Position numbers and translations under genes: made by a program
In this document: positions 28,401-37,713 of the stretch, one piece after another
Position numbering within the stretch: the first letter of the stretch is position 1
Layout of the letters: each line of letters begins with the position of its first letter
Assembly (NCBI GenBank): GCA_044222475.1
Contig: JBGANF010000076.1
Span: 1 to 38,189 of the forward strand
Source of the DNA: Polyangiaceae bacterium
GTDB lineage: Bacteria; Myxococcota_A; Polyangia; Polyangiales; Polyangiaceae
DNA length: 38,189 nucleotides
Reading direction: 5' to 3'
The notes under the pieces: generated by a model
Database searches by the model: none
Told to the model about the DNA's origin: nothing
The model's input: only the letters and a program-made list of their open reading frames with translations

Positions 28401-29258
28401 CGAGAGCGCTTTCGACGAGCCATCGAGTCCGCCGAAGGCAGCCCGAAGCTCGGCGTGCTCTCGCGCCTGGTCGCGCCGTTCCTGCTCCGTCGAACTCGCG
28501 GAGACGTACTCCGAGAGCTCCCCGCGCGTGCCGAGCTCACGCAGCTCATCGAGCTCTCGCCCGACGAGGCGAAGCGGTACGCCTCGCTGCGCCGAGCCTG
28601 CGAGCTCGAGTTCGGCGGGCGCGAGAAGGGCGAGACGGCGGCGCAGACGAAGATCGCGCTCCTCGCGGCGCTCACGCGGCTGCGTCAGCTCGCGTGCGAC
28701 GTGTCGCTCGTCGACGAGAAGTGGACGGCGCCGTCGTCGAAGCTCGTGCGCCTCACCGAGCTCGCGACGACGCTCGCCGAAGAGAAGAACCGCGTCCTGG
28801 TCTTCAGCCAGTTTCGTCAGCTCTGCATTCGCGCCCAGGCGTACCTCGAGCGCGCCGGTCTCCGCGTCGCGTTCCTCGCCGGAGACACCCCGACGACGGA
28901 GCGGAAGGAGATCATCGACGCGTTCCAGCGGGGCGAGTACGACGCGTTCTGCATCTCCTTGATGGCGGGCGGCACCGGGCTCAACCTCACGCGGGCGAAC
29001 TACGTCATCCACCTGGATCCGTGGTGGAATCCGGCGGTCGAGGAGCAGGCGACGTCGCGCGCGCATCGCATGGGGCAGACCGAGCCGGTCACCGTCATGC
29101 GGCTCGTTTCGCGCGGCACGATCGAAGAGGGCATCCTGGAGCTCCACGCGCGGAAGCGCGGCCTCGCGGAGGCGGTGCTCGAAGGCAAGAGCACGGCGAA
29201 GGTGCTCACCGCCGATGAGCTCCTGGCGCTCGTGCGCTATGGTCACGAGCCGACATGA
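25449..29258 (+). CDS. SWIM Zn-finger SNF2-family helicase/ATPase
   Basis: SWIM CDC..CKH; LADDMGLGKT, DEAQ, LTGTP, FSQF, GLNL, WWNP and RAHRMGQ motifs. Start trimmed so as not to overlap ung (25449 or 25464). Confidence 0.92.
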   Translation: MLNRRVALDPTDFSPLQRAAFARDVATVLRQVDPVSRVRGREYAEEGRVVEMKTSDRGVRATVLGSEAYTVEMSRATGALATSCDCPIALRGGMCKHIAALAFVLGSEGPARAAVDEQATVPRLVRELPELPTRALAHRLALYVGRPVPPPIEGWRRLRDWWRTSTTKETSVFRHAVETSERDVIHVLDTLRTFVPPPSPSPGTTYGELYARLARKCVELARRGLVNEALPGPLDARHPGFEIAWTPSMRRLTIKERTTPLLVSPLSLELRIPLEDVTMLTYGVATGIGASSLAELFVLRALLLAMVEGSDPAIRAVAAELGRPPWARVLDHLVPDGPTAAAEEELHFAAVPVHGSTFQVRAHSRGVTKSGKPRWKRTPLDALARGVPRSSESARRVARLALAAFGDRRGYVDAASPLGHEVLLALRAHGHVLASEPNAETDPRTAGMSIVCGDLTMSLDPGVDGLVRPHFWVGEQELAPELFQHRAHVPRGSHFGYVEDTCIWSAQIPPALERWIESWLETPEMLAFPPEALDALSTKVEPLVASGAARLPKATLGSELPLDLTAALRVEWRADGTAVLELLASVHPSAPLVTPGAGPELYTFRHDGARVFVERDRPRELTVVGEALGALADHATWDGAIGTTSDVAQTLALVELLRTSSPVSRVEAKLGKAPSEIAWGQMDRSLTVAREGAWFAVRGDLRLGDTTITLGEVLDAARLARRYVPTNDGAFVLIPDEVQERLLALATAADLAKRDPRGTAKIHDAFVEVLAEAEKMFTRSEGVDVIGHARNLEAARKKKVKPAIEQGELRPYQIDGATWMLRLAAWAPGCILADDMGLGKTVQTASVLLSRQGMGPALVVAPASVTSNWKAELARFVPSLRVKWLNEDREIDPEKLGAGDVVIVSYGLLPRVAPALADVEFSTLVIDEAQFLKNAVAQRSSVTRAIKRKFTIALTGTPLENHLGDLWSLFDQVFPGLLGREQDFRERFRRAIESAEGSPKLGVLSRLVAPFLLRRTRGDVLRELPARAELTQLIELSPDEAKRYASLRRACELEFGGREKGETAAQTKIALLAALTRLRQLACDVSLVDEKWTAPSSKLVRLTELATTLAEEKNRVLVFSQFRQLCIRAQAYLERAGLRVAFLAGDTPTTERKEIIDAFQRGEYDAFCISLMAGGTGLNLTRANYVIHLDPWWNPAVEEQATSRAHRMGQTEPVTVMRLVSRGTIEEGILELHARKRGLAEAVLEGKSTAKVLTADELLALVRYGHEPT

Positions 29259-30133
29259 CCCAAGCACGACGAGTCACCGGCTCGCTTCGGTTCACCGACG
29301 CCAAGGCCGCCGAGAGCGCCCACGCGGCGATGCCGAGCGGAACCAAGCTCGACGGGGACAGCCTCGTCTTCGACGTCACCGGGCCCGTCGACGAGGCTGC
29401 GGTCGACGCGATCGTCGCGACCGCCGCGACCGGCTCGGTCGTGATCGCCGGCGGCGGCACCGAGCGGAGGCTCACCGCGCTCGGTCGTTCGTTCTGGCAG
29501 AAGCGATGGGACGAGGGGCAGACGGGCTGGCACGAAGGGAAGCCGAACGATCTCCTCGTGAAGCACCTCGATCGCCTCGGGCTCGCGCCGAAGTCGAGGG
29601 TGCTCGTTCCGCTCGCCGGCAAGTCGGTCGACGCCGCCTGGATCGCGGCGCAGGGGCACGAGGTCGTCGGGATCGAGCTCAGCATGACCGCGATCGAGGC
29701 GTTCTTCGCCGAGCGCGGCATCGGCGCTTCGGCAAAGACCAAGGTCGGACGGCACGACGCGATGGAGGCGAACGGAGTCACGCTCGTCTGCGCCGACGTG
29801 TTCGACCTCGATGTCGCGGCGCTCGGAGCGTTCGACGCAATCTACGATCGCGCCGCGCTCGTCGCGCTCGAGCCGTCGACGCGTGGGGCCTACGTCGAGG
29901 TCTGCCGTGCGCTCGCGAAGGTTCATGCACCGACGCTCCTCGTGTCGTTCGCGTACGACACGCCGGGTCCCCTCGGGCCGCCGTGGAGCATCGACGAGAG
30001 CGCGATTCGGGTGTTGTTCTCCAAGGAGACCGTGGAGCGCATCGACTCCCGACCCACGTCGATGTCACCGCGCCTCGCCGCTGCGGGGGTCAAGTCGGTC
30101 GAAGAGTCGGCGTACCTGATTCAGCGGGCGTGA
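29255..30133 (+). CDS. Thiopurine S-methyltransferase-like SAM methyltransferase with extra N-terminal segment
   Basis: FWQKRW..GQTGWH, VLVPLAGKSVD, GIELS, IYDRAALVAL and GPPW motifs. Confidence 0.88.
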   Translation: MTQARRVTGSLRFTDAKAAESAHAAMPSGTKLDGDSLVFDVTGPVDEAAVDAIVATAATGSVVIAGGGTERRLTALGRSFWQKRWDEGQTGWHEGKPNDLLVKHLDRLGLAPKSRVLVPLAGKSVDAAWIAAQGHEVVGIELSMTAIEAFFAERGIGASAKTKVGRHDAMEANGVTLVCADVFDLDVAALGAFDAIYDRAALVALEPSTRGAYVEVCRALAKVHAPTLLVSFAYDTPGPLGPPWSIDESAIRVLFSKETVERIDSRPTSMSPRLAAAGVKSVEESAYLIQRA

Positions 30134-30139
30134 CGCTCG

Positions 30140-30769
30140 TCACAGCGAGCAGCTGGAGCTTCCGGTCTCGACGACGAACGTCTGGCGGATGGTGACGTCA
30201 CCGTTGGTCGCGACGAAGACGACGTGCTCGTCGACGTGGGTCCCGGCGCCGCACGCCACCCCGCTCTGGGTGGCGACCTCGAACCCGCCGTCGACGGCGC
30301 GGACGTTGTCGTCTTGGCACAGCAAGGTGTGGCCGAGCGACTCGGTGACGACGAGCGCCGCGTCGTGTCCGTTCTCGATCGGCGCCAGGAAAGCCTTCAG
30401 GTCCGGGATGGACGTGACGACCCCGACGTCGTCGCCGCGCGTGAAGACGAGGTAGTTCGGACCGAGTGGACCGAGCTTGCCGACCGTGTTGGGGGTCGTC
30501 CAGCCTACTGCGGGGCGGGTGTTGAACAGCTCCAGAGCACACGGCGTGCCGTTCGGACACGGCGTGCCCTCCTTCGCGGTCGCGCCGAAGGCGTGGTGGA
30601 GTTCCATGTAGTCTACACGAACGCCGGCGGTGACCCCCTTCAACGGTCGGTACCCGAGGTCATCGCAGACGTTGGCCTGGAACTCCGAGCCGTCGACGCC
30701 GTTCGTGCACGCGAGGGTCGTCGTCGCGACGAACAGAATGCGCACCATCGCTCGCGTCATCGTCCCCAC
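30140..30769 (-). CDS. Putative Cys-containing lipoprotein
   Basis: Signal-like N-terminus ending TTLAC; paired cysteines; fits between flanking genes. Confidence 0.6.
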   Translation of the reverse strand: MGTMTRAMVRILFVATTTLACTNGVDGSEFQANVCDDLGYRPLKGVTAGVRVDYMELHHAFGATAKEGTPCPNGTPCALELFNTRPAVGWTTPNTVGKLGPLGPNYLVFTRGDDVGVVTSIPDLKAFLAPIENGHDAALVVTESLGHTLLCQDDNVRAVDGGFEVATQSGVACGAGTHVDEHVVFVATNGDVTIRQTFVVETGSSSCSL

Positions 30770-30796
30770 CTCCAGGGCGGACCATACGCCGAAAGC

Positions 30797-32182
30797 TCAC
30801 CGTAGGTCTTGGGAAGTCGCGCTCGCTTTGCGGGGCCTTCGCACGAAGAGGATCGCCAGGACGATGAACAGGGCCGCCGCGCCGGCCGCCCACTCGTAGT
30901 TCGTGACCTTGTGCTCTCGCTCGCGGGAGGCCTCGTCGAGCTTGGCGAGCTCGGCGCGGGCTTTGTCGTTCGCTGGATCGAGCGCGATCGCCCGCTCGAA
31001 CGGCTCGCGGTCGGGCATGCCCTTGGCGGCGAGGTCCATCCCTTCGAGGTACGCGAGCGCGCCGTCGATCTGCGCGTCGTGGTTTCCTCCGGGGTCGAGG
31101 CCCTTGGCCTTGCGGTACATCGCCTCGGCCTTCTCGCGATCCGAGTCTTCGAGCGACTGCGCATAGCGCACGTAGACCGGCGCCATCTCTTTCTTGCGCT
31201 CGATCGAGGGCTGCTTCGCGAGGGCCTTGTCGAACGACGAGACCGCGAGGTCGAGCTTGCCCTCCTTGTCTTCCTTCAGCCCCTCGTCGACGAGCGCATA
31301 GACGTCGGCGAGGCGGTCGGCCTCGAGGGCGTTGAAGAGCTCGGAGGCGAGCCGATCCGAAGTCCACTCTTGGGGCGGCGGCTTGCCTTTCAGGTTCGTG
31401 TATCCATCACGCAACCGGGGGAACGCCATGTCGCCGTATGCGCGCACCGCCGCTTGGGCCGCCTTGCGGACGCGCGGCCGATCGCTCGACACGAACGAGA
31501 ACACGACGCCGAGCCCGTCGGCGTCCTTCATCGTGGCGAACGCCCCGAGGACGTCGATCAGAACTTGGTCGTCCTTGGTCTGCACGGCATCGCCGGCGAC
31601 GCGCTTGCCCATCGTCTCCAGGGTGGTCGTCGCGAAATGACGCACGTTGGGCTCGCGTCGCGCGAGGAGAAGACCCGCGATCGCGCGGTCACCGAGCGCA
31701 CGCACGCGGCGCGACACCTCGAGCTGGAGCAGGTAGCCGTGGTCGGGCGCTACCTTCGCCATCTCGACGACGGCCTCCGGGGTGGCGATCGCCTGGAGCT
31801 CACCGAGCGCGGCGAGCGTCTTCATCAGCACCGCGTACGCTTCGCGGCTGGCGTCGGTGCCGCCGTCGCCCGCGGCGACGAGCGCAGCCGCGAGGTCGAA
31901 GTCGTCCGCGTAGTACTTCGCGCCGGCGCTCTTTCGCACGGCGGCGAGCCGCCCGTCGATCGAAGCGGTGTCACTCCGCTTGCGCAGCGCCGCGAGGTCG
32001 CCGGCGACGTCCCCGACCGGCCGCGCGGAGACGCCGGCGTCCGTCGTCGTCCCGCCGTCCGTCCCCGCGAACGCCGGCGCGGACACGAGAAGGACTGCCG
32101 AGAGCGCGAACACGGGGAGAAACCACTGCGGCACGGTGAAAACAACGCCCCGCGATCCGCCGCGATTCCGAATCCCGTTCAC
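30797..32182 (-). CDS. Exported helical-repeat (HEAT/TPR-like) protein with C-terminal membrane anchor
   Basis: Signal peptide ending APAFA; TPR-like FDKALAKQP, YRKAKGLDP and FERAIALDP; C-terminal TM followed by RRPRK. Confidence 0.7.
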   Translation of the reverse strand: MNGIRNRGGSRGVVFTVPQWFLPVFALSAVLLVSAPAFAGTDGGTTTDAGVSARPVGDVAGDLAALRKRSDTASIDGRLAAVRKSAGAKYYADDFDLAAALVAAGDGGTDASREAYAVLMKTLAALGELQAIATPEAVVEMAKVAPDHGYLLQLEVSRRVRALGDRAIAGLLLARREPNVRHFATTTLETMGKRVAGDAVQTKDDQVLIDVLGAFATMKDADGLGVVFSFVSSDRPRVRKAAQAAVRAYGDMAFPRLRDGYTNLKGKPPPQEWTSDRLASELFNALEADRLADVYALVDEGLKEDKEGKLDLAVSSFDKALAKQPSIERKKEMAPVYVRYAQSLEDSDREKAEAMYRKAKGLDPGGNHDAQIDGALAYLEGMDLAAKGMPDREPFERAIALDPANDKARAELAKLDEASREREHKVTNYEWAAGAAALFIVLAILFVRRPRKASATSQDLR

Positions 32183-32457
32183 TCGACGATGCGAAAGTCG
32201 GGGTATTCGCCGGTGTAGCTGCGGTACCGAATGTCGACCCCTTCGACGCGCGCCGCCGACGGCCCGTGGTGGGCCCAGCTGACGAGCTCCTTCACCGAGT
32301 CTTCTTCGCCTTCGGCGAGGATCTCGACGCTCGCGTCGTTGCGGTTGCGCACCCAGCCGCAGATCCCGAGGCGGCGCGCCTCACGCTGGGCGGCGGCGCG
32401 GAAGTAGACTCCGGTGACCCGGCCGCGGACGTTGATTTGCACGCACTTGAGCGCCAT
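32179..32457 (-). CDS. acyP: Acylphosphatase
   Basis: GRVTGVYFR and GWVRN motifs with catalytic Arg/Asn; GPSAARV. Confidence 0.92.
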   Translation of the reverse strand: MALKCVQINVRGRVTGVYFRAAAQREARRLGICGWVRNRNDASVEILAEGEEDSVKELVSWAHHGPSAARVEGVDIRYRSYTGEYPDFRIVE

Positions 32458-32492
32458 GCTGGGTTTCCTTCGTCGACACTACTCAGAATCGC

Positions 32493-33314
32493 ATGCGTAC
32501 TGCAAGCTTCTCCTCACCCGAGCCGAGTGAGGTCCTCCGCGGTGTCGGCGTTCACTCGGGCAAGGAGTGCGCCGTCCGCATTTCGCGCGGCGAGGGCCCG
32601 GTTCGCGTGCGCGCCGGTGGCGGCGCGGTGCCCATGGCTGAGCTCCGCATCGCGGACACCGTCCGTTCGACGGGGATCACGGTCGACGGGTGCGTGGTTC
32701 GCACCGTCGAGCACCTGTTCGCAGCGTTCGCCGGGCTGTCGGTGTACGAGGGGGCATCGATCGACATCGAAGGCGAGGAGCTGCCGCTGCTCGACGGGGG
32801 CGCGCGCACGTTCGCCGAGGCGCTGGCGCGGCTCGACGTGAGGCCGTCCTCGCCGCTCCTCGAGGTGGCGCGCCCCGGGACGGTCGAGGTCTTCGAGAGC
32901 CGCTACGAGTTTCGAGAGGGAGATCATCCCGTCGTCGAGGTGGTGCTCGACTTCGGCGACGCGCCGTTGGCGAAGACTGCGCGCTGGGACGGCGACCCTG
33001 GAGACTTTCTCCTCCGCATCGCGCCCGCGCGGACGTTCGCGCTCGAGCACGAGATCGTCGCGCTGGGCGAAGCATCGCTCGCGCGCTTCGCCGACCCAGG
33101 GAGCGTGATCGTCGTGGGCAAGGAGTTGCACGGCGCCGGCGTGGTCGCGCCCGACGAGCCGGCGAGGCACAAGCTCCTCGATTTCATGGGGGATGCGTAC
33201 TTGGTCGGTGGTCCACCGCGCGGCACCATCGTGGCTCATCGACCAGGCCACCGGAGCAATCATGCGGCGTTGCGCGCCGCGATCGACCGGGGCATTCTGC
33301 GACCCCGTTCCTGA
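32493..33314 (+). CDS. lpxC: UDP-3-O-acyl-GlcNAc deacetylase LpxC (divergent)
   Basis: GVGVHSG, TVEHL, ELPLLDG, IAPARTF, RHKLLDFMGD and GHRSN motifs; Zn ligands and catalytic residues appear retained. Confidence 0.85.
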   Translation: MRTASFSSPEPSEVLRGVGVHSGKECAVRISRGEGPVRVRAGGGAVPMAELRIADTVRSTGITVDGCVVRTVEHLFAAFAGLSVYEGASIDIEGEELPLLDGGARTFAEALARLDVRPSSPLLEVARPGTVEVFESRYEFREGDHPVVEVVLDFGDAPLAKTARWDGDPGDFLLRIAPARTFALEHEIVALGEASLARFADPGSVIVVGKELHGAGVVAPDEPARHKLLDFMGDAYLVGGPPRGTIVAHRPGHRSNHAALRAAIDRGILRPRS

Positions 33315-34231
33315 TGCGCGCTCGGTTCACAGCGATGGTCTTCGGTCTCGCCGCGCTCGCGCTCGGGGCGCGCAGCGTCCGGGCGGACGAGCCGCAGCTC
33401 GCGCGACCGCCGACACTGCCCGAGCTGACCCACCGCTACTTCGAGCTCACCCAGGAATCGACGCTCGCCGCGCTCCAGTTCCAAGATGCGAACCTCGCGC
33501 GCGCGCGTACGGTGCGCGTCGAGCGCCTCGCGGTCGAGGTGCCGATCGTCCCGCGCCGTTGGTACGCCGGCGCCGGCTACGACATGCTCTTCACGCACTC
33601 GGCGGACGGCGGGCTTCGGGTCGTGGGTGGAAACCCCGAGATCTGGGCGCGAGGAGTCTGGAGCTCGAGCTACGGGCTGTCGTTCGGCGGGGGGCTCGGG
33701 TTGATCGCTCCCCTCACGACGTTCGAAGGCGACGAGTCGCGCGGTCTCGCGGCGGAGGCGATCGCCGCGCGCGGATGGGAGCGCGCGTTGTGGGATCCGT
33801 CGTCGTTCACGTTTCGCCCGTACCTCGACGTCCGTGACGTGACGGGGATCTTCACCTTGCAGTACCGGCAGGCTCTCGAGATCGCCTTCGACGTCCGCGA
33901 CATCGGGACGTACCGGTTCAGCGCGGTGGGGACGTTGTACGTCGGGGTCGCCGCGTCGAAGCGCGTCACCATCGGCGCGGAGATCATCGAGTACTACCGG
34001 CTGGACCCTGGTCTGGACGACGTGGCTCGCGCGTATTTCGCGGTTGGACTGAACATGCGCCTGACCACGCGCTTCTTTCAGCCGACGATCGGCATCATGA
34101 CGAACATCGGCTCGCCGTTGAACGCGATCGCGCGCATCGGCGCGCCGCTGGACGCCACGCCGGAATCGTTCATTGGGCTGCGCCTCGGGATGACCTTCGT
34201 GACGGCGACTGCAGCGAAAGATTCGGACTGA
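33314..34231 (+). CDS. Exported protein, possible outer-membrane beta-barrel
   Basis: TGATG coupling to lpxC; signal peptide ending VRA; alternating amphipathic beta-strands; C-terminal IGLRLGMTF. Confidence 0.6.
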   Translation: MRARFTAMVFGLAALALGARSVRADEPQLARPPTLPELTHRYFELTQESTLAALQFQDANLARARTVRVERLAVEVPIVPRRWYAGAGYDMLFTHSADGGLRVVGGNPEIWARGVWSSSYGLSFGGGLGLIAPLTTFEGDESRGLAAEAIAARGWERALWDPSSFTFRPYLDVRDVTGIFTLQYRQALEIAFDVRDIGTYRFSAVGTLYVGVAASKRVTIGAEIIEYYRLDPGLDDVARAYFAVGLNMRLTTRFFQPTIGIMTNIGSPLNAIARIGAPLDATPESFIGLRLGMTFVTATAAKDSD

Positions 34232-34247
34232 AGAAGAGGAGACGACG

Positions 34248-35228
34248 ATGAAGGCGATCGTGATCACCGAGTTCGGCGGGCCCGAGGTTCTGAAGCTGCG
34301 TGAGGTCGAGACGCCCGCGCCGCAGCGCGGAGAGGTGCGCGTGCGCGTGCGAGCGACGGCGGTGAATCGCGCGGATCTCATCCAGCGCCTCGGCATGTAC
34401 GCCGCGCCGCCGGGGGTGCCGAAGGACATCCCGGGGCTCGAGTACGCGGGCGAGGTCGATGCGGTGGGACAGGATGTCGTCGACGTGCGGGTGGGCGAGC
34501 GGGTGTTCGGCCTGGTCGGCGGCGGGTCGTACGCGGAGCAGGTGATCGTGAACGCGCGAGAGATCGCGCGGATCCCGGATGCGCTGTCGTTCGCCGACGC
34601 CGCGGCGATCCCGGAGGCGTTTCTCACGGCCTACGACGCGATGGTGACGCGAGGCCGTCTCGCCGCCGGCGAAGCGGTGCTGATCTCCGCGGTCGGCAGC
34701 GGCGTCGGTACGGCGGCGGTCCAGATCGCGCGCGCGATCGGCGCGCGTTCGATCGGCACGGTGCGCACGAAGGACAAGCTCGAGCGGGCGCGCGCGCTCG
34801 GTCTCGACGTGGGGATCGTCGCCGAAGGCGGAGCGTTTGCCGACGCGGTGCTCGCGGCGCGGCCGGGAGGCGTCGACGTCGTGCTGGAGCTCGTCGGTGG
34901 CGGCTACGTCGCCGAGGACGTGAAGTGCGTCGCGACGAAGGGGCGAATCGTCGTCGTCGGCCTGATGGCGGGCGTGCAGAGCGAGCTCGACCTGCGCGCG
35001 CTCCTCTTCAAGCGCGCGGAGATCCACGGCACGGTGCTGCGCGCGCGCCCTCTCGAGGAGAAGATCGCGGCGATGCAGGTCTTCTCGCGAAACGTGGTGC
35101 CGCTGGTCGCGTCGGGGGTGCTCCGGCCCGTCGTCGAAGCCGTGATCCCGCTGGCCGAAGCGGCGCGGGCACACGAGCTGGTGTCGAAGAACGAGACGTT
35201 CGGCAAGGTCGTCCTCGAGGTGGCGTGA
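34248..35228 (+). CDS. NAD(P)H:quinone oxidoreductase (MDR, PIG3/YhdH-like)
   Basis: FGGPEVL, VNRAD..QR.G.Y, PGLEYAG, SGVGTAAVQ and GKVVL motifs. Confidence 0.92.
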   Translation: MKAIVITEFGGPEVLKLREVETPAPQRGEVRVRVRATAVNRADLIQRLGMYAAPPGVPKDIPGLEYAGEVDAVGQDVVDVRVGERVFGLVGGGSYAEQVIVNAREIARIPDALSFADAAAIPEAFLTAYDAMVTRGRLAAGEAVLISAVGSGVGTAAVQIARAIGARSIGTVRTKDKLERARALGLDVGIVAEGGAFADAVLAARPGGVDVVLELVGGGYVAEDVKCVATKGRIVVVGLMAGVQSELDLRALLFKRAEIHGTVLRARPLEEKIAAMQVFSRNVVPLVASGVLRPVVEAVIPLAEAARAHELVSKNETFGKVVLEVA

Positions 35229-35261
35229 AGACGACGTGACATGAAGAAGAGGAGAACAGAG

Positions 35262-35404
35262 CGAGAGGAGGGGTGCCCCCCTCGTCGATCTTCGCGGCTG
35301 ATACGCGCGACACCGGCGACATCGAATCTCAGGGACCGAGCCGCGGCCTCGAACCCCGGACTGGCGCGCTTCGCGATACCCGAAGGGGTGAAGCCCGGGG
35401 CAAC
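35262..35404 (+). repeat. REP-like palindromic element, copy A
   Basis: Shares blocks gaggggtgcccccctcgtcgatct, gcgcgacac, gctgatac, cgaaccccggact and ccggggcaac with the reverse complement of 37714-37881. Confidence 0.75.
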
Positions 35405-36466
35405 ATGAGGAAGCGCAGCAATACCCGTCCAAAGCCCGCGCGGAGCGCGGGCTCTCTTTGCTTGGTGTCGGTGGTTCTCTCGGTGGCGTGCGGCGGGCGG
35501 ACGGGGCTCCCATCGGGCGCCGCGTCTGGTGACGCCGGCCTCGGCGTCGACGGCGGCGCGTGCGTGCCCGAGGTGATCGCTCATGATCCCGCGGGGGCGG
35601 GCCCGATCGCGGTCGAGGACGGAGTCGTCGTCTGGGGCACGGTCGATGGGAGAGTGGAGCGCCGCGACTCCAAGGGCACCGCGACGCTCGCGACGGCGCC
35701 GGCGGCGATCGCGTCGGTCGCGATGAGCGGCGGGCGCGTGTACTTTACAACCACCGGGACGCTCAGCTCGGTGGCGGCGGGCGGAGGGCCGACGCTGACG
35801 ATCGCGTCGAGCCTCGGGCTGCCGTTCGCGCTCGTCGTCGACGGGACGACGTACTACCTGCTCGATCGCGGGCAGGGCATCGCGGCGGGGCGGCTTCTGC
35901 GCATCGAAGACGGCGGTGCGGTGAAGGTCTTGCTCACCGGCCTCGACGTGCCGACCGGCATCGCGATCGACGGCGACTCCGTCTTCGTCGCGGCGCACCT
36001 CGCGCTCCTCGACGGCGTGACGCTTGGCCCGCTCCTTCGCGTTCCGAAAGCGGGCGGAACGCCGAAGGTGCTGGCGACGGGTCTGCACGAGACGTCGAGC
36101 ATCGCGACATACGAGGGTCGGGTCTTCTTCATCGAGCAAGTGAACGCGCAGTCGTCGTTCCCCGGTGCGGTGCGATCCATCGACGAGTCGGGCGGCGCGA
36201 TCACGACGCTCGCGAGCATCGACGGCGCGCTCGGTATCGATCTCGCCGTCGACGCCAGCGGCATCTACTGGACGGCGCTCGCCACGACCGAAGGCACGCT
36301 ACACCGCACGCCACTCGCCGGCGGCGCATCCACGGTGCTCGCGACCGGACCGAAGGTGCAGTTCACCTACGTGAGGACGACGGCATCGGCGATCTACTGG
36401 TCGATCGGCTGGCTGACCGCGAACACGCCAGCGGATCCGGTGAGTGTGCGCAAGCTCTGCAAGTGA
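35405..36466 (+). CDS. Lipoprotein with beta-propeller-like repeats
   Basis: Lipobox SVAC-GGRTGL; repeated IAVD/IAID..VYF/IYW and P..GG...VLA units; start reassigned to ATG 35405. Confidence 0.75.
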   Translation: MRKRSNTRPKPARSAGSLCLVSVVLSVACGGRTGLPSGAASGDAGLGVDGGACVPEVIAHDPAGAGPIAVEDGVVVWGTVDGRVERRDSKGTATLATAPAAIASVAMSGGRVYFTTTGTLSSVAAGGGPTLTIASSLGLPFALVVDGTTYYLLDRGQGIAAGRLLRIEDGGAVKVLLTGLDVPTGIAIDGDSVFVAAHLALLDGVTLGPLLRVPKAGGTPKVLATGLHETSSIATYEGRVFFIEQVNAQSSFPGAVRSIDESGGAITTLASIDGALGIDLAVDASGIYWTALATTEGTLHRTPLAGGASTVLATGPKVQFTYVRTTASAIYWSIGWLTANTPADPVSVRKLCK

Positions 36467-36481
36467 TCTGCGACCCGTGAG

Positions 36482-37048
36482 ATGCTGAGGGCACGAGTGA
36501 TGGACTACTTCGATCGGATGCGTCTGCACCTGGAGGAGAGCTGGGGCCCACCGCTTCGCGCGATCGATTGGGCCGAGGGTCTTCGAGATGTTCTCGATCC
36601 TAAGTTCCGGGTCTGGGTCTTTCGATGGCCTCACGACGACGTCCTCGCGTACGTCACCGTCGGCATGGCCAACGGCTCGGACGCCGGAGGTATCGAGCTC
36701 TTCTTGCTCGTGAGAGAGGTCGACGACGATCGAACTCTTGCGGAGCTGTTGTTCGCGACGGCGCACTATCATGTGACCGGCCACCCGCTGGCGCTCTCTC
36801 TCAGCGTGAACTTCGGACGGCCGTGGCTCAAGCAGTCTCAATGCACCCGCGGGCTCGTTTCGCTTCCGTACCTCGACGGTCCCAAGCTCGAGCGGCCCAT
36901 CGGTCTTCCCGTCCGGGTGCTGTGGCTGCTTCCAGTGACGGAATCCGAATTGGCGTTTCGGCGCGAGCATGGCCTCGAAGCTCTCGAGAAGTTGTTCGAG
37001 GAGACCCGGTTCGATTATCTGGACCCACTTCGAAAGGCGGTCGCATAG
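36482..37048 (+). CDS. Suppressor-of-fused (SUFU)-like domain protein
   Basis: YVTVGM, IELFL, NFGRPW, VLWLLPVTESE..F....G.EALE..F and D..R motifs typical of bacterial SUFU. Confidence 0.8.
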   Translation: MLRARVMDYFDRMRLHLEESWGPPLRAIDWAEGLRDVLDPKFRVWVFRWPHDDVLAYVTVGMANGSDAGGIELFLLVREVDDDRTLAELLFATAHYHVTGHPLALSLSVNFGRPWLKQSQCTRGLVSLPYLDGPKLERPIGLPVRVLWLLPVTESELAFRREHGLEALEKLFEETRFDYLDPLRKAVA

Positions 37049-37052
37049 CCTG

Positions 37053-37499
37053 GTGGACAGGCTCGTGGCGATCCTTGAACCTCGACTCGTGTTTCCGATC
37101 CTCCTCGTGTCCGACGGCGTGAGTGTGTTCGCGGAGCCAGAGGCGTTCGAGCGACACATCTCCCTCGTCACCGACAAGGCGATTCGCGACGGGTTTCTTC
37201 GCAATGCGCGCATCGTGGGCGCCGACGGGACGGTCCTCTTCATTCACAGACTCGTTCTCGGCAAGGCACCGCTGCTCGGGTGGTTGAAGCCCCGAACGAT
37301 TGGAGAACTCGCCATGCGCGTGGTCCATGAGAGCGTCGAGGTCGACCTGGTGCGATCGTGGGTGGTCGATGCGATCGAAGGTTTGCGCGACATCCTTTCG
37401 AACAACTGCGACGTGGATGCAGTCCTGGCGCGTGTCCGGGCGGCCCGCGACCTCGCGGCGATCCGAGGCGTGGTCAGCGAAGTCGCCTCGCGCGAGTGA
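37053..37499 (+). CDS. Hypothetical protein
   Basis: Open frame directly after the SUFU gene, protein-like composition; start uncertain. Confidence 0.45.
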   Translation: MDRLVAILEPRLVFPILLVSDGVSVFAEPEAFERHISLVTDKAIRDGFLRNARIVGADGTVLFIHRLVLGKAPLLGWLKPRTIGELAMRVVHESVEVDLVRSWVVDAIEGLRDILSNNCDVDAVLARVRAARDLAAIRGVVSEVASRE

Positions 37500-37661
37500 C
37501 GAAGCGTCTCACGCCACGAAGTGACGCTCCCGCTCCCGCGCGACGACCTGGCAGTCCGGGGCAGAAGGAGATCCAATGCCGTACTGAGTGAAAGGCCAGC
37601 TGCCGACCCGAGAATGCTCGTCGCGAAAGCCTCACCCATTCGGTGGACGCTCCGAGAGTGC

Positions 37662-37690
37662 AGAAGAGCCCGCGCTCGGCGCGGGCTTCT
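37662..37690. terminator. GC-rich hairpin between convergent genes
   Basis: agaagagcccgcgc-tcg-gcgcgggcttct; weak T tail. Confidence 0.4.
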
Positions 37691-37713
37691 ACTGAGTGTG
37701 ACCTCGAGTTTTC

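Noticed and set aside
37565..37587. AAGGAG followed by mini-ORF ATG CCG TAC TGA
   Set aside because: Three codons, no supporting context; likely chance or a gene remnant.
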